DNA of 64,000 bases from Candidatus Latescibacterota bacterium (GTDB lineage: Bacteria; Latescibacterota; UBA2968; UBA8231). Made by a program: the position numbers and the translations under genes. The DNA lies in NCBI GenBank assembly GCA_965203175.1, contig OZ241867.1:224001-288000 (forward strand). The letters are read 5' to 3'. Of this stretch, positions 1 to 14,092 are shown one piece after another (position 1 is the first letter of the stretch; the number at the start of each line of letters is the position of its first letter). Below the pieces are notes generated by a model. It was not told where the DNA came from and searched no databases. It was given only the letters and a program-made list of their open reading frames with translations.

Positions 1-629
1 TCGCATATCGCCTGCACAAACCCCACTGATTCCTCCAAAGTCAGCGCGGTCGTCGCGCCAATCACGCCTTTAGTAGTAAGCCCAGCGTGCGCCACCACAA
101 TGTCGGCACCGGCCGCCGCCATCTGCTCGCCCTCCTCGGGATTAAACGCATACGGCGTCGTCAACAACCCCATCTCGTGCGCCGTGCGGATCATCTCCAC
201 CTCCTCCCCATACCCCATCCCGGTTTCCTCCAAGTTCTGCCGATACAACCCGTCAATCAGGCCCACGGTCGGAAAATTCTGCACGCCGGAAAACCCGATG
301 GCCTCAACCTCGCGCAAGAAAACATCCATCTGCCGGAACGGATCCGTCCCGCACACGCCGGCTAGCACCGGCGTATCCTCCACCACCGTCAACACCTCCC
401 CGGCCATATCCATCACAATCGCATTGGCGTCCCCATATGGCATGGTCCCAGCCAGTGACCCCCGGCCCGCCATGCGAAATCGCCCGGAATTGTAAATCAC
501 AATCAAATCAACCCCGCCAGCTTCCTCGAACTTCGCGCTGATTCCGGTACCAGCCCCTGCGCCGATAATGGGAACCCCATCGGCAATGTTCTGCCGCAGT
601 CTCGCGAGCACTTCTTCTCTTGTAAACAT
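1..629 (-). CDS. Phosphoenolpyruvate-hydrolase-like TIM-barrel protein (Tm-1 C-terminal-domain family), runs off the window edge
   Basis: Not in the ORF track. Manual translation from ATG at 629 gives [61 protein letters not shown]...GVCGTDPF...[13 protein letters not shown], the family signature. Confidence 0.9.
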   Translation of the reverse strand, partial: MFTREEVLARLRQNIADGVPIIGAGAGTGISAKFEEAGGVDLIVIYNSGRFRMAGRGSLAGTMPYGDANAIVMDMAGEVLTVVEDTPVLAGVCGTDPFRQMDVFLREVEAIGFSGVQNFPTVGLIDGLYRQNLEETGMGYGEEVEMIRTAHEMGLLTTPYAFNPEEGEQMAAAGADIVVAHAGLTTKGVIGATTALTLEESVGFVQAIC

Positions 630-635
630 GGCTAC

Positions 636-1049
636 CTATCCGTTTAACGCCTTTTCTATCCGCACCCCCTCCATCTTCCGCAACTCGGCCTCCGGCCCAA
701 ACGGCGCGTATATGGCGATCAACTTCATCGGGCCGTCCCCATTATTGACCGTCGAGTGATACACAGCCGTCGGAATGTGTACCAACTCGCCTGGGCCGAT
801 CTCCTTTTCCAGCATGCCCGACTCCAGCTCCACCGTCTGGATTCCGGTTCCCTCTATCACGTAGAGAATCTCCTCGCTATACGGATGGTTGTGGCGCACG
901 TGCCCCTTGCCCGGCGCCAGCTCCACTACGCCGCAGCTAAAGTGCTCGGCCGCAGTCACCAGCGGCTCGGAAAGCCAGTTTAACCGGCCCCAGTCAAAGA
1001 CTTGGGTCTCCACGTCGGCGCATTGGATAAATGTCTTTTTTTCGCTCAT
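636..1049 (-). CDS. Cupin domain protein
   Basis: Cupin motifs HVRHNHPYSEEILYVIEG and GELVHIPTAVYHST; start overlaps the upstream stop at 1049. Confidence 0.9.
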   Translation of the reverse strand: MSEKKTFIQCADVETQVFDWGRLNWLSEPLVTAAEHFSCGVVELAPGKGHVRHNHPYSEEILYVIEGTGIQTVELESGMLEKEIGPGELVHIPTAVYHSTVNNGDGPMKLIAIYAPFGPEAELRKMEGVRIEKALNG

Positions 1050-2278
1050 TACTCTCCTGCTTTCTCGGCAATTAGCTCCAGTAGCAGCGCGGTCGCCGCG
1101 GCTGCAAACGCTGGATCGTTGATGTTGTGATCTACTTCGCGGACGAGGATGCCCTCGTCCAGATTGGCTTTGAGGGCGTCGCCAAAGGCGCGGTCAGCTT
1201 CGCGGTCGCAAAACAGCTCGCCGTCGCCGTCGAGGATCGACACGCCCCTGAGCGGAATGAGAACGGCGACCGGGCCTGTGGCGGCGTTGAGCTTGTCGGC
1301 GAATATCCGGCCCATCTGCGCATTTTCCTCGGCATTGGTGCGCATCAAGGTCACCTCTGGGTTCCACTCGTAAAAGAGCCGCGTGCCGTCCTTATACTGT
1401 TGCGGCACCGTATCCATGCCGCCAAAATTGGCCATGTCCACGCAACCGGGGACCACTAGCTGGGGCAAACCCGCCCGGCCCGCCGCGCTCAAGCGCTCCG
1501 GACCCGCGCTGAAGACGCCACCGCACACTTCGTCAGCCCACTCGGTGGTAGTGATGTCCAGCACTGCATCCACCAAGCCCTCGTCGATGAGTGACTCCAT
1601 GGTGCGGCCACCGGTGCCAGTGGCGTGAAAGATCAAGACCTCGTACCCGCTCGCCGACAGGGTCTCGCTGCACGCGTCTACGCATTCTGTGGTGTTGCCA
1701 AACATCGACACCACGACGATCGGTTTGTCGTCGCCAGCCGGCGCTGGCTCGGCTTCGACCATGCCGCAGATCGCGCCAGCGGCGCGCGTAAAAATCACTC
1801 GCGAAATCCGATTGACTCCGGCCACGTCCACAATCGACGGAATGAGCACCACGTCCTTGCTGCCCACGTATGCTCCCGTGTCGCCAGCCGCCACAGTCGA
1901 AACGCACACCTTGGGCACACCTACCGGCAGGGCGCGCATGGCCGCGGTCACCACGCTGCTGCCGCCGGACCCACCCATGCCGACGATGCCGTCAAACCGG
2001 CCCTCGGCGAACCCTTGCTCCGCCACCTTGGCCGCGCCCTCACCCATAACCTTCATGGCTGCACCGCGATCGCCAGCCGCGCGCAGCGACTCCAGCGATG
2101 CGCCCGCGGCCGCCGCCACCTCGCTGGCATCCACATCCACGGCAAAGGCTTCGCACTCGCCCATAACGCCCGTATTTACCGACAGGACTTCGTGGCCGCG
2201 GGCCAAAATCTGCTCGCGCAAGAAGGCGTATTCCACGCCCTTGGTGTCAAACGCCCCAACCATCATAATCGTAGCCAT
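1049..2278 (-). CDS. Tm-1-like ATP-binding domain protein (UPF0261)
   Basis: GAFDTKGVE, GGSGGS, LPVGVPKVCVST, MFGNTT, FHATGTGG, LDITTTE, HNIND motifs. Confidence 0.92.
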   Translation of the reverse strand: MATIMMVGAFDTKGVEYAFLREQILARGHEVLSVNTGVMGECEAFAVDVDASEVAAAAGASLESLRAAGDRGAAMKVMGEGAAKVAEQGFAEGRFDGIVGMGGSGGSSVVTAAMRALPVGVPKVCVSTVAAGDTGAYVGSKDVVLIPSIVDVAGVNRISRVIFTRAAGAICGMVEAEPAPAGDDKPIVVVSMFGNTTECVDACSETLSASGYEVLIFHATGTGGRTMESLIDEGLVDAVLDITTTEWADEVCGGVFSAGPERLSAAGRAGLPQLVVPGCVDMANFGGMDTVPQQYKDGTRLFYEWNPEVTLMRTNAEENAQMGRIFADKLNAATGPVAVLIPLRGVSILDGDGELFCDREADRAFGDALKANLDEGILVREVDHNINDPAFAAAATALLLELIAEKAGE

Positions 2279-2320
2279 AACGCTCTCCTCAAGCTGGCGT
2301 CGTTAGGTGCTTTCCTTTTC

Positions 2321-2348
2321 TGTCATGCTGAGCGTAGCGAAGCATCCC
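2321..2348 (+). repeat. REP-like short palindromic element
   Basis: TGTCATGCTGAGCGTAGCGAAGCATCCC contains the ATGCT...AGCAT stem and resembles the widespread GTCATxCTGAGCGxAGCGAAGxATC intergenic repeat class; single copy in the window. Confidence 0.6.
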
Positions 2349-2395
2349 ATATCCAAAGTGTCCCGTGCACAACATCAGCCTGTAATATGGCGGCT

Positions 2396-4624
2396 TCAGC
2401 TAAAGCGCCGCAACCGGAGCGCGTTCATCACCACCGACACCGACGAAAAGGCCATCGCGAGGCTCGCCAGCATTGGATTGAGCAGCGGACCGCCGAATAG
2501 GTAAAGTGCGCCCGCAGCCACCGGAATGCCTGCGGCGTTGTAAAAAAACGCCCAGAATAAATTCTGCTTTATGGTCCGCACAACCGCTCGGCTCAACTCA
2601 ATGGCTCGCGCCACATCCGCCAACCGGCTGTGCATGAGCACCACGGGAGCAGACGCGGCCGCCACATCCGTCCCAGTGGCAAAGGCCATACCCACATCGG
2701 CGGTGGCTAGCGCTGGCGCGTCGTTGATCCCGTCGCCGACCATGGCCACGCAGCGGCCCTCGTCCTGCAATGCCTGCACGGTCGCGGCCTTGTCTGCGGG
2801 CAAGACCTCGGCACGCACGGTCTCAATCCCCACTTGACGCGCCACGGCTTCTGCGGCCGGACGGCTGTCGCCCGTGAGCATCACCACTTCCAAGCCGCCT
2901 TGGCGCAGCCGAGCCACGTCGTCCTTGCTCTGCGGACGGGGGCGGTCGGCCAAAGACACGCGACCTACCAATGCGCCCGCCACCGCAATCCACGCGACAG
3001 TGGCACCGTCCGCCGAGTCGCTGTCTTCATCTACGCGAACTCCCACCGCCGCCATCATGGCGCGATTGCCCACCACCACATCCTCGCCTTCTACCGTGGC
3101 CTGCGCACCTTTGCCCGGACTCGCCACAACTTCGGTAGCCTCCGGCACGGCAAGGTCCCGCTCTGTTGCGGCGGCCACAATCGCCGCAGCCAGTGGATGC
3201 TCTGAGCCGCGCTCCACGGCCGCGGCCAAGCTCAGCACTTCGTCGGCGCGGCGGCCGTTTAACGGCTCTACTGCCACCACCTGCGGCCGCCCCTCGGTAA
3301 TCGTGCCGGTTTTGTCCAGCACCACGGCATCTACTTTGTGCGCTGTTTCCAGCACTTCTGGACCTTTGAACAGGATGCCTAAATGCGCGCCGCGTCCCGT
3401 ACCGACCATGATCGCGGCCGGCGTGGCCAAGCCCAAGCTGCACGGGCAGGCGATGATCAACACGGCCACAAAGACTTGCAACGCAAAGCTCAGGCCCTCC
3501 CCAGCCCATAGCCAACCCACTGCGGCCACCGCGCCTATGACTAGCACGGCCGGCACGAAATACCCAGCAATGATATCGGCTAGGCGGGCAATCGGCGCTT
3601 TACCCGCCTGCGCGGCTTCGACTAAGCGCACCATTTGCATCAGCATCGCATCCCCGGCCGTGCGCGTTGCACGCACCATGAGTGCACCCGCGCCGTTGAG
3701 GCTACCACCAGTCACAGCATCGCCCAGTTCCTTGGCCACGGGCAGCGACTCGCCGGTCAGCAGCGACTCATCCACCGTAGAGTTTCCTTCGACGACTTCG
3801 CCGTCGGCTGGAATGCGCTCGCCCGGACGCACGCGCAGGCAGTCACCCACTTCGATGGCGTCGGCCGCGATTTCCCGCTCCCCATCGTCAGTCACCAGTG
3901 CGGCCTTGTCGGGTTTGAGCCGCAGCAGGGCACCTATGGCCTCCTCGGCCCGCAACCGCGAGCGCGCTTCGAGATAGCGGCCCATTAGCATGAAGGTGAG
4001 GATCGTCGCAACCGTCGGGAAATAGGAGTCAAACGCCGCAACCGCACCCACAGCGACGGACCCCAAGCCCCAAGCGCTGTAGATCCACGCCGCAGCCGTG
4101 CCAATGGCGATGAGCGAAAACATGTTGGGTCGGCCCCGCCACAGAGCTTGTCCGCCTTCGGCGTAGATCTGGCGGCCAACCCACATCACCGGCAGCACAA
4201 ACAGCAGATGCAAAACGCCTACCCGCAGAGGATGCTGGACCAAGGACAGCGCCGGGACAACGGGTGCGGCCATCTGCTCGACCATCTCCACTGCAAAGAG
4301 CGGCAGCCAAAATACAACAGCCCAGCGAAATGACCCCGCTTGCTCGGCGAGTTCGGTCCGCTTGCGCTCCTGCCGCCTAGCCGCGCCTTCGGCTTCGGGC
4401 GTTTGCACCCGCGCCCGGAACCCCGCCTTTACCACGGCCGCCGCAATGCTTTCCTCATCCACGGCTACCGGATCAAAGCGCACGGCCATCTGCTCGGTCG
4501 CCAAGTTGACATCAGCTACTTCAACGCCGGCCAAGCCGGACACCTGCTGCTCGACCTGCCGCACGCAGCCAGCGCAGTGCATGCCCTCAATGGCGAAATG
4601 TTGCTCTCTACTGTTTGCCGTCAT
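2396..4624 (-). CDS. copA: Cu(I)-translocating P1B-type ATPase
   Basis: HMA GMHCAGC, TGES, CPC, DKTGT, SEHPL, GDGIND, YN and MAFSS motifs; ATG at 4624 has a GAGGT RBS. Confidence 0.93.
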   Translation of the reverse strand: MTANSREQHFAIEGMHCAGCVRQVEQQVSGLAGVEVADVNLATEQMAVRFDPVAVDEESIAAAVVKAGFRARVQTPEAEGAARRQERKRTELAEQAGSFRWAVVFWLPLFAVEMVEQMAAPVVPALSLVQHPLRVGVLHLLFVLPVMWVGRQIYAEGGQALWRGRPNMFSLIAIGTAAAWIYSAWGLGSVAVGAVAAFDSYFPTVATILTFMLMGRYLEARSRLRAEEAIGALLRLKPDKAALVTDDGEREIAADAIEVGDCLRVRPGERIPADGEVVEGNSTVDESLLTGESLPVAKELGDAVTGGSLNGAGALMVRATRTAGDAMLMQMVRLVEAAQAGKAPIARLADIIAGYFVPAVLVIGAVAAVGWLWAGEGLSFALQVFVAVLIIACPCSLGLATPAAIMVGTGRGAHLGILFKGPEVLETAHKVDAVVLDKTGTITEGRPQVVAVEPLNGRRADEVLSLAAAVERGSEHPLAAAIVAAATERDLAVPEATEVVASPGKGAQATVEGEDVVVGNRAMMAAVGVRVDEDSDSADGATVAWIAVAGALVGRVSLADRPRPQSKDDVARLRQGGLEVVMLTGDSRPAAEAVARQVGIETVRAEVLPADKAATVQALQDEGRCVAMVGDGINDAPALATADVGMAFATGTDVAAASAPVVLMHSRLADVARAIELSRAVVRTIKQNLFWAFFYNAAGIPVAAGALYLFGGPLLNPMLASLAMAFSSVSVVMNALRLRRFS

Positions 4625-4669
4625 GTTGCAACCTCGGAACTTGACCGACGAACCCACTCAGTACGGTGG

Positions 4670-4696
4670 TTTTCAATGCCGTCACGGGATTGAAAA
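4670..4696. promoter_or_regulatory. Inverted repeat upstream of copA (terminator or operator)
   Basis: TTTTCAAT-N11-ATTGAAAA between the temptin-like gene stop and the copA start. Confidence 0.4.
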
Positions 4697-4724
4697 ATTG
4701 CCGCGACAAGCCATTCGATCAACC

Positions 4725-5168
4725 TCAGTCGAGCGCGCCGATCAGTTTCTTGATCTGCCCCCACGTCGTCTCCTCAACCGCCGTGTCTGGCGGTGGCAGC
4801 GGCGGGGTACTCTCGGGATCGCCGGGGTGAAACGTTTCGCCTTCTGGATTGTCATCGCCCGCCACCCAAGTGCCGTCGGGGTCGCCCAACTCCGCGCCAT
4901 TAGACGCTCCATCGCCGTCGGAATCCAACGCCGCCAGCTCTGGGCCCCAAATCACGTCACCGGGTGCACCGGCTGAGGTAAGGAAGTTGGTTGCAATCTC
5001 CAAGCCAAACGGATTGAGCGGCGAACCGCCTCCAGCCGTGTGGCAGGTGTTGCAACTCACTGCGGAGCCATTGGGAACCTGTCTTACGCGCTTGCTGCGC
5101 GCAGCCGCCTCATCGACAATCACGCCGCATAAAAAGAACACGGCTACCAGCAAAACTCTCAAAGTCAT
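4725..5168 (-). CDS. Secreted temptin-like protein with CxxCH motif and C-terminal TWGxIK tail
   Basis: Signal peptide ending AAA; VPNGSAVSCNTCH, PLNPFG, DSDGDGASNGAELGDP; Pro linker; TAVEETTWGQIK; AGGAG RBS before ATG 5168. Confidence 0.75.
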   Translation of the reverse strand: MTLRVLLVAVFFLCGVIVDEAAARSKRVRQVPNGSAVSCNTCHTAGGGSPLNPFGLEIATNFLTSAGAPGDVIWGPELAALDSDGDGASNGAELGDPDGTWVAGDDNPEGETFHPGDPESTPPLPPPDTAVEETTWGQIKKLIGALD

Positions 5169-5313
5169 GGAAAATCTCCTTTCCTCGTATTCGTCGTGAG
5201 ATGTCTCGCTCTTCAGAACATGCTCACGTGCAGCACTGTAAGTCAATACAAACCCTCGCCCCACACCGCCAAATCGCGCATATTTAAAGTCCATTCCACA
5301 GGAGGCAACGCTC

Positions 5314-7134
5314 ATGTCCACCGCTCAACGTCTCGACCTAAGCGAAGTGCGGCCGCAGATTGATGTCGATCCAGCGACTTGCGTCTATCACCGGCTCGCA
5401 CCGGCCAGCGAATTTGCCGCAGGCGAGGGCCGGCCCTTTACCATTGACGGCATTCACCTCGCAGTCTTTCTCTACGAAGGCTCCTTCCACGCCGTTGACA
5501 ATCGCTGTCCGCACATGGGCTATCCCATGTCCAAAGGCAGCATCCGCGACGGAGTGCTGATTTGCCACTGGCACCACTGGGAATTTGACCTAAAGACCGG
5601 CGGCTGCCTGCTGACTTCGGGCGACGACCTGAAAGCCTTTCCCGTGGAGGTGCGCGACGACGGCTACGCATGGGTCGGCATCCCACCCGGCGAGAAGGAG
5701 GAGGCCCGCCTGCGGCTCGTGGCCCGCGGCAAGCGCGCTCTCGAACAGGGGCTCAAAGACCGCAGTTCTTTCCTCATCGCCAAAGCGGTCGCCGCACTCC
5801 GCCAAACGGGTGCCACCCCGCAGGAAATCATCCAACAGGGACTTTACTACGGCGCACACAAAACCAGCGAAGGCTGGTCGTCGGGCGTCGCCATCCTAAC
5901 CCTCGCGGCGAACATGTGGGACGACATCGCCGAGGCCGATCAAAACCTCTTTCTCGTCCACGGTCTGACCCAGATTTCGCGGCGCACCTCCGGCTCGTCG
6001 CGCCGCCAGCGCTTCCCCTTTCCCCGCGCCAATGACGACCAAGACTTGGCCACCCTCAAGCGCTGGTTTCGCACCTTTGTCGATCAGCGGCACCACGGCG
6101 CGGCCGAGCGCATCTTGCTCACCCTGCACGACCGCGACTGCGGCAAGGAAACCCTCGCGGATTTCGTCTTCACCGCGGCCACGGATTTCTACTTCACCGG
6201 CGACGGGCACGCTCTCGACTTTGCCAACAAGATGTTCGAGGCTCTCGACTATGTAGAATGGGTTGGCGCGCACGAGATCCTCCGCCCGATCGCCGTCGAT
6301 TTGGTGAGTCGCACCCGCCACGAAGAGACCTCGCGCTGGGCCGACAGCCTGCCGCTCTTAGAAAGCATTTTCGCACGCCTAGACGAGATCTGGGAGGACA
6401 ATCAGCGCAACGAAGCGACCCTCGACGTCTCCGAGTTCACCCAAGTCATGCTCGGCGACGACTTTGAACCCATCCTCGCCCGCGTCGAAGAAGCCCTGCG
6501 CGCTGGCGTGCCGCCGACCCAACTCTGCCGTGCCATGACCTATGCCAGCGCACAGCGTACCCTGCGCTTCCACCTCAAGAACGAGGGCGACTGGCACGAC
6601 GTGGCCAACATTTATTCCTACGCCCACGCCCTGTACGCGACCTTCCACTACGCCGCCAGCAAAGAGCTGTTGCGCGCCATTTTCCACGGCGCGGTCTTCC
6701 TCACCTACCTGCGCTGGCTCAACATGCCCTCCGCCCGCGTCCCGCAGCACGGGCAGAAGCTCGACGAGCACTTCGCCTCCAGTGAGGACATGCTCAAGCG
6801 CCTCGGCGAACTAGCCGATTTCCAAAAGGTCTTCGAGGCCGAAATCCTCGTCAGCCAGTACCTCGAAGAAGGACGCGACGTCGCCAAGCTCCGCCACGCC
6901 TTGGCCCACATCATGCTCCGCGAAGACGCCGAGCTGCACATGTTCCAAGTGCTCGAAGCCGCGTTCCGGCACTACGACTTGAGCGACGATCCAGAGGAAA
7001 AGCGCGTCCACCTATTGGCGGCGACCCGCTACATCACCGCGCAAAAGGTGATGAAGAACATCCTCTGGGCCACGGAAAACGCCGAGCGGCTCCAGCGCGG
7101 CGAACTGCTCAGCGAGCGCGAAGACGACGATTGA
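5314..7134 (+). CDS. Rieske [2Fe-2S] domain protein with long helical C-terminal region
   Basis: CPH...CHWHHWEFD Rieske motif; AGGAGG RBS; about 480 aa helical tail. Confidence 0.85.
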   Translation: MSTAQRLDLSEVRPQIDVDPATCVYHRLAPASEFAAGEGRPFTIDGIHLAVFLYEGSFHAVDNRCPHMGYPMSKGSIRDGVLICHWHHWEFDLKTGGCLLTSGDDLKAFPVEVRDDGYAWVGIPPGEKEEARLRLVARGKRALEQGLKDRSSFLIAKAVAALRQTGATPQEIIQQGLYYGAHKTSEGWSSGVAILTLAANMWDDIAEADQNLFLVHGLTQISRRTSGSSRRQRFPFPRANDDQDLATLKRWFRTFVDQRHHGAAERILLTLHDRDCGKETLADFVFTAATDFYFTGDGHALDFANKMFEALDYVEWVGAHEILRPIAVDLVSRTRHEETSRWADSLPLLESIFARLDEIWEDNQRNEATLDVSEFTQVMLGDDFEPILARVEEALRAGVPPTQLCRAMTYASAQRTLRFHLKNEGDWHDVANIYSYAHALYATFHYAASKELLRAIFHGAVFLTYLRWLNMPSARVPQHGQKLDEHFASSEDMLKRLGELADFQKVFEAEILVSQYLEEGRDVAKLRHALAHIMLREDAELHMFQVLEAAFRHYDLSDDPEEKRVHLLAATRYITAQKVMKNILWATENAERLQRGELLSEREDDD

Positions 7135-7140
7135 GGAGCG

Positions 7141-10986
<3,846 letters not shown>

Positions 10987-10995
10987 GGTAGCCTC

Positions 10996-12828
10996 CTACT
11001 CGTGGCCGGCGAAGGTCTCGCGCAGGCTGCCGCAACGGTACATCTGGCCGCCGAAGTAGGGATTTTGGGTCTGCATCGCCTGTTGCAGCCAAGCTGCCCC
11101 CTCGTTGTCAAAGGCCATTGGACAGTGAAAAAGATGCACTGGCCCGGCATGGACGCCCCCCTGCCGCGCCACCCGAATCAGCACCGTCGAGAGCTCAGCA
11201 AAGGCTTGGCGGGCCGCGGCGAGATCACCAGCTCCGCTGATCGCGTCTCCGATCTCCTGCGACGCCGGGTGGACCGCGAGCGTTGCGGCGGCGGCCTGTG
11301 CCCCCAACAGATCGTCCTTGCTCAACGCCTGTTGCGTGGCGAAATAGGCCGTCCAGACCGCGGACGGCGGGCCGTGCGCGTGGCCGTTTGGCTCGTCGTC
11401 GCGCTGGTCGGCCCGCGCTGGCGCATTCATCATGCTCGGCTGGGCGCGGATCTGGAGGGCACTGTCGATTTTGAACGCGCCATTGATCACCACTTGTTCT
11501 CCCTCGCGCAGACCCTCGCGGACCAAGTAGTAATCCCCAGCCCGCGGCCCGAGTACGACCTCGCGGCCCTCGTATAGGCCCTCGCCGAGCGCGACGTACA
11601 CCACGGCGCGTTTGCCCGTCAGCAGTGGTGCCGAAGCTGGCACCACCAGTGGCATCTCGCGCTCCGCCTCGTCGCCAGTGTCATACAACTCTTCGGCGCG
11701 CACTAGGGCCATGCCGCAAATGTCGCAGGCACCGGGCGCGTCGCGGACGATCTCTGGGTGCATCGGGCTGATCCACTTGCCCTTGAGCGCGGGCGACATA
11801 GCGCGCCCGTGGGCTCCGACCTCGGCTTGGGCCACGGCCCACACCAACATCCCCGGCTTCAGCCGACCTTGCTCGTTGGCCACGTTGACTCGCACGCGCA
11901 CCGTACGCGTGCGCTCGTCCAGCACTGGATCGACGAAGGATATTTGGCCGCTGAACACCTCGCCCGGATAGGCTTCGGCCGAGAATTCAACGGCCTGGCC
12001 GTAGTGGATCCAAGATATATCCGATTCGTAGGCGCGGAGTTCCAACCACAGCCGCGACAAGTCCGCAATGGTGTAAATCGGCGTCCCAGTCTGCACGTAC
12101 GCGCCCTCGCTGAGGTGCTTTTCTATCACCACGCCGCCGGTTGGCGCGTAAATCGTCAGATGGTCGGAGGCTTGGCGCTCGCGCTCGACGCGCTCGATTT
12201 GCTCCTCCTTCAGCCCGAGCAGACGCAGCTTTTCGCGCGCAGCCTCGACCGTCGCTTGCGCCGTCTGCCCAACGGACGTGCCGCTGTCAACCAAGCGCTC
12301 GCGGGCGCGCAGGGCCTGAATCAGCTCCTCTTGAGCGGTCAACAACTCGGGGCTGTAGAGATAGGCTATGTGGTCGCCCTTTTCGACTCGCACGCCCGTG
12401 TAGTCCACATACAGCCGGTCAATCCGGCCCGCTACCCAAGCGGTAATAGAGCGAACTTGCGTCTCATCTACCGCAATCTTACCGACCATCCGCGTCTCGA
12501 CCGGCGCGAAGCGGCGCTCGACCGGCGCGGTCTGGATGCTGGCAAGCTCCTGCGCGGCCGGCGAGAGACGCAACTGGCGCGGGGCCAAAATGTCGCCAGC
12601 CTCGGGCGCGGCCACCGGGATTAGGTCCATTCCGCATATTGGACAGTGACCCGGCTTAGGCTGGCGGATCTGCGGGTGCATTGAGCAGGTCCACGTTTCG
12701 CCCTGCTCGACGACTGCGGCGGGTGCATGTCCGCTGGGTGCATCCGAACCGCTCAAACCCCAGCCTACGGCCAAGCCGACGATCCCCGCCACGATACCGG
12801 TAGCTATTATTTGTTTCGTTGCTTTCAT
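10996..12828 (-). CDS. cusB: RND periplasmic adaptor (CusB family) with two heavy-metal-binding motifs and a DUF3347-like C-terminus
   Basis: WTCSMHPQI..CPICGMDL, WISPMHPEI..CDICGMAL, YSPELLTAQEE, CPMAFDNEGAAWLQ..NPYFG. Confidence 0.9.
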   Translation of the reverse strand: MKATKQIIATGIVAGIVGLAVGWGLSGSDAPSGHAPAAVVEQGETWTCSMHPQIRQPKPGHCPICGMDLIPVAAPEAGDILAPRQLRLSPAAQELASIQTAPVERRFAPVETRMVGKIAVDETQVRSITAWVAGRIDRLYVDYTGVRVEKGDHIAYLYSPELLTAQEELIQALRARERLVDSGTSVGQTAQATVEAAREKLRLLGLKEEQIERVERERQASDHLTIYAPTGGVVIEKHLSEGAYVQTGTPIYTIADLSRLWLELRAYESDISWIHYGQAVEFSAEAYPGEVFSGQISFVDPVLDERTRTVRVRVNVANEQGRLKPGMLVWAVAQAEVGAHGRAMSPALKGKWISPMHPEIVRDAPGACDICGMALVRAEELYDTGDEAEREMPLVVPASAPLLTGKRAVVYVALGEGLYEGREVVLGPRAGDYYLVREGLREGEQVVINGAFKIDSALQIRAQPSMMNAPARADQRDDEPNGHAHGPPSAVWTAYFATQQALSKDDLLGAQAAAATLAVHPASQEIGDAISGAGDLAAARQAFAELSTVLIRVARQGGVHAGPVHLFHCPMAFDNEGAAWLQQAMQTQNPYFGGQMYRCGSLRETFAGHE

Positions 12829-14084
12829 GGTTGGATTTCCTCCGTGGGTTCGCCGACCAGCTTTTCAATCTCGGCCCAATGCAAGGCTTGGTCGGTCTGC
12901 GCCCGTTCGTACGCTAGCTGGAACTCCAGCAGAGTGCGTTGGGCGTCAATGACCGCGAGAAAATCACTGCGGTCGGCGGCAAAGGCGCGCTGCGTTACGT
13001 TGAGCGCCTGTTCGGCCTTGGGCAGCAAGCTGTCCCGGTAGAGAGCACTGCGGCTTTGGGCGTCGCGCTGCTTGTACAAGGCCAGTTCCAGTTCGGCAAC
13101 GAGCCTATTCTCCTCGTCCGCAACGCCCTGCACGGCGGCCTGATGGCTCAGTTTGGCCGCGCGTTCTCCGGCCTCGTAGGACGAGCGCCACAAGGGCAGG
13201 TTGAGCGAGGCCATGGCCATCAGCGGATTCTCGCCCCGGTCGCCGATGTGGATGTAATCGAGGCTCACGGTCAGGTCCGGGTAGAACTGCTTGCCGGCCA
13301 ATTCGACGCCTAGGGACTGCGCCCGCGCTTGCGTGTGCCGCATTTGCAGCGTCGGGTTCGCGGCCTGCAAGCGCGCCTTTAGCACTTCTTCGTCTAAGTC
13401 CAACGCAGCCATGGGCAGCGAATCGGGCACAGCTATTGGCGCGGTCGCCGCGCGGCCGAGCGCCGCATTTAACCGGGCTGCGGTTGGCCGCCGCTGCTGA
13501 CGCAAGCTGCGCAGTTGATCCTCTAAGCGCCCCAATTCTACCTGCGCCTTGAGAACTGGGGCGTGCTCTCCGGTGCCGCCGCGATAGCGGGTCCGGCCTA
13601 CTTCTTCTAGGTGAGCCAACAGGCGCAAGTTGCCCTCGGTGACGGCAATGGCTCGCTCCAAAAAGTAGCAGTCGTAGTACGCGGCCTTGACCTCGAAAAT
13701 CAGCGACCGCCGAGTGGCCTCATAGCGCTGGCTCTCGACTACGGCCTCTTGCTGGGCGATCCGTCCCTTGAGGTCCAGCTTGCCCTTCCACGGGAAGGTT
13801 TGCGCCGCGCTAAAGCGCATTTCCTGCGGGCCAGTGCGCGTCTCTACCGGGCGCGCGAAATAGCCGTAGGTCAGGCGGGGATCGACCCAAGCGCTCGCCG
13901 AGGGCACCTTTGCTAGGGCGGCTTGGTAGCGCGTCAAAGCCTGCTTGAGCTTAGGGTTGTGCTGTTCAGCGTAGCGCACGTATTCCGCGAGTTCGGCACG
14001 GGAATCGAACGCTGCTTCTTCCTGCGACCAAACCGGTCCTGCGAGCAGACTAGCTAGCAGCAGGACCATTTTATTTTTGAACAT
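12825..14084 (-). CDS. TolC-family outer-membrane efflux protein
   Basis: Signal peptide, QTFPWKGKL, FYPDLTV, DFLAVIDAQRTLL; first gene of the cus operon. Confidence 0.88.
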   Translation of the reverse strand: MFKNKMVLLLASLLAGPVWSQEEAAFDSRAELAEYVRYAEQHNPKLKQALTRYQAALAKVPSASAWVDPRLTYGYFARPVETRTGPQEMRFSAAQTFPWKGKLDLKGRIAQQEAVVESQRYEATRRSLIFEVKAAYYDCYFLERAIAVTEGNLRLLAHLEEVGRTRYRGGTGEHAPVLKAQVELGRLEDQLRSLRQQRRPTAARLNAALGRAATAPIAVPDSLPMAALDLDEEVLKARLQAANPTLQMRHTQARAQSLGVELAGKQFYPDLTVSLDYIHIGDRGENPLMAMASLNLPLWRSSYEAGERAAKLSHQAAVQGVADEENRLVAELELALYKQRDAQSRSALYRDSLLPKAEQALNVTQRAFAADRSDFLAVIDAQRTLLEFQLAYERAQTDQALHWAEIEKLVGEPTEEIQP

Positions 14085-14092
14085 GCAAATAC

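Noticed and set aside
1625-3977. Long plus-strand ORFs (291 aa, 367 aa) and similar ones at 7414, 57780 and 59916
   Set aside because: Antisense shadows of well-supported genes in GC-rich DNA; no recognisable motifs
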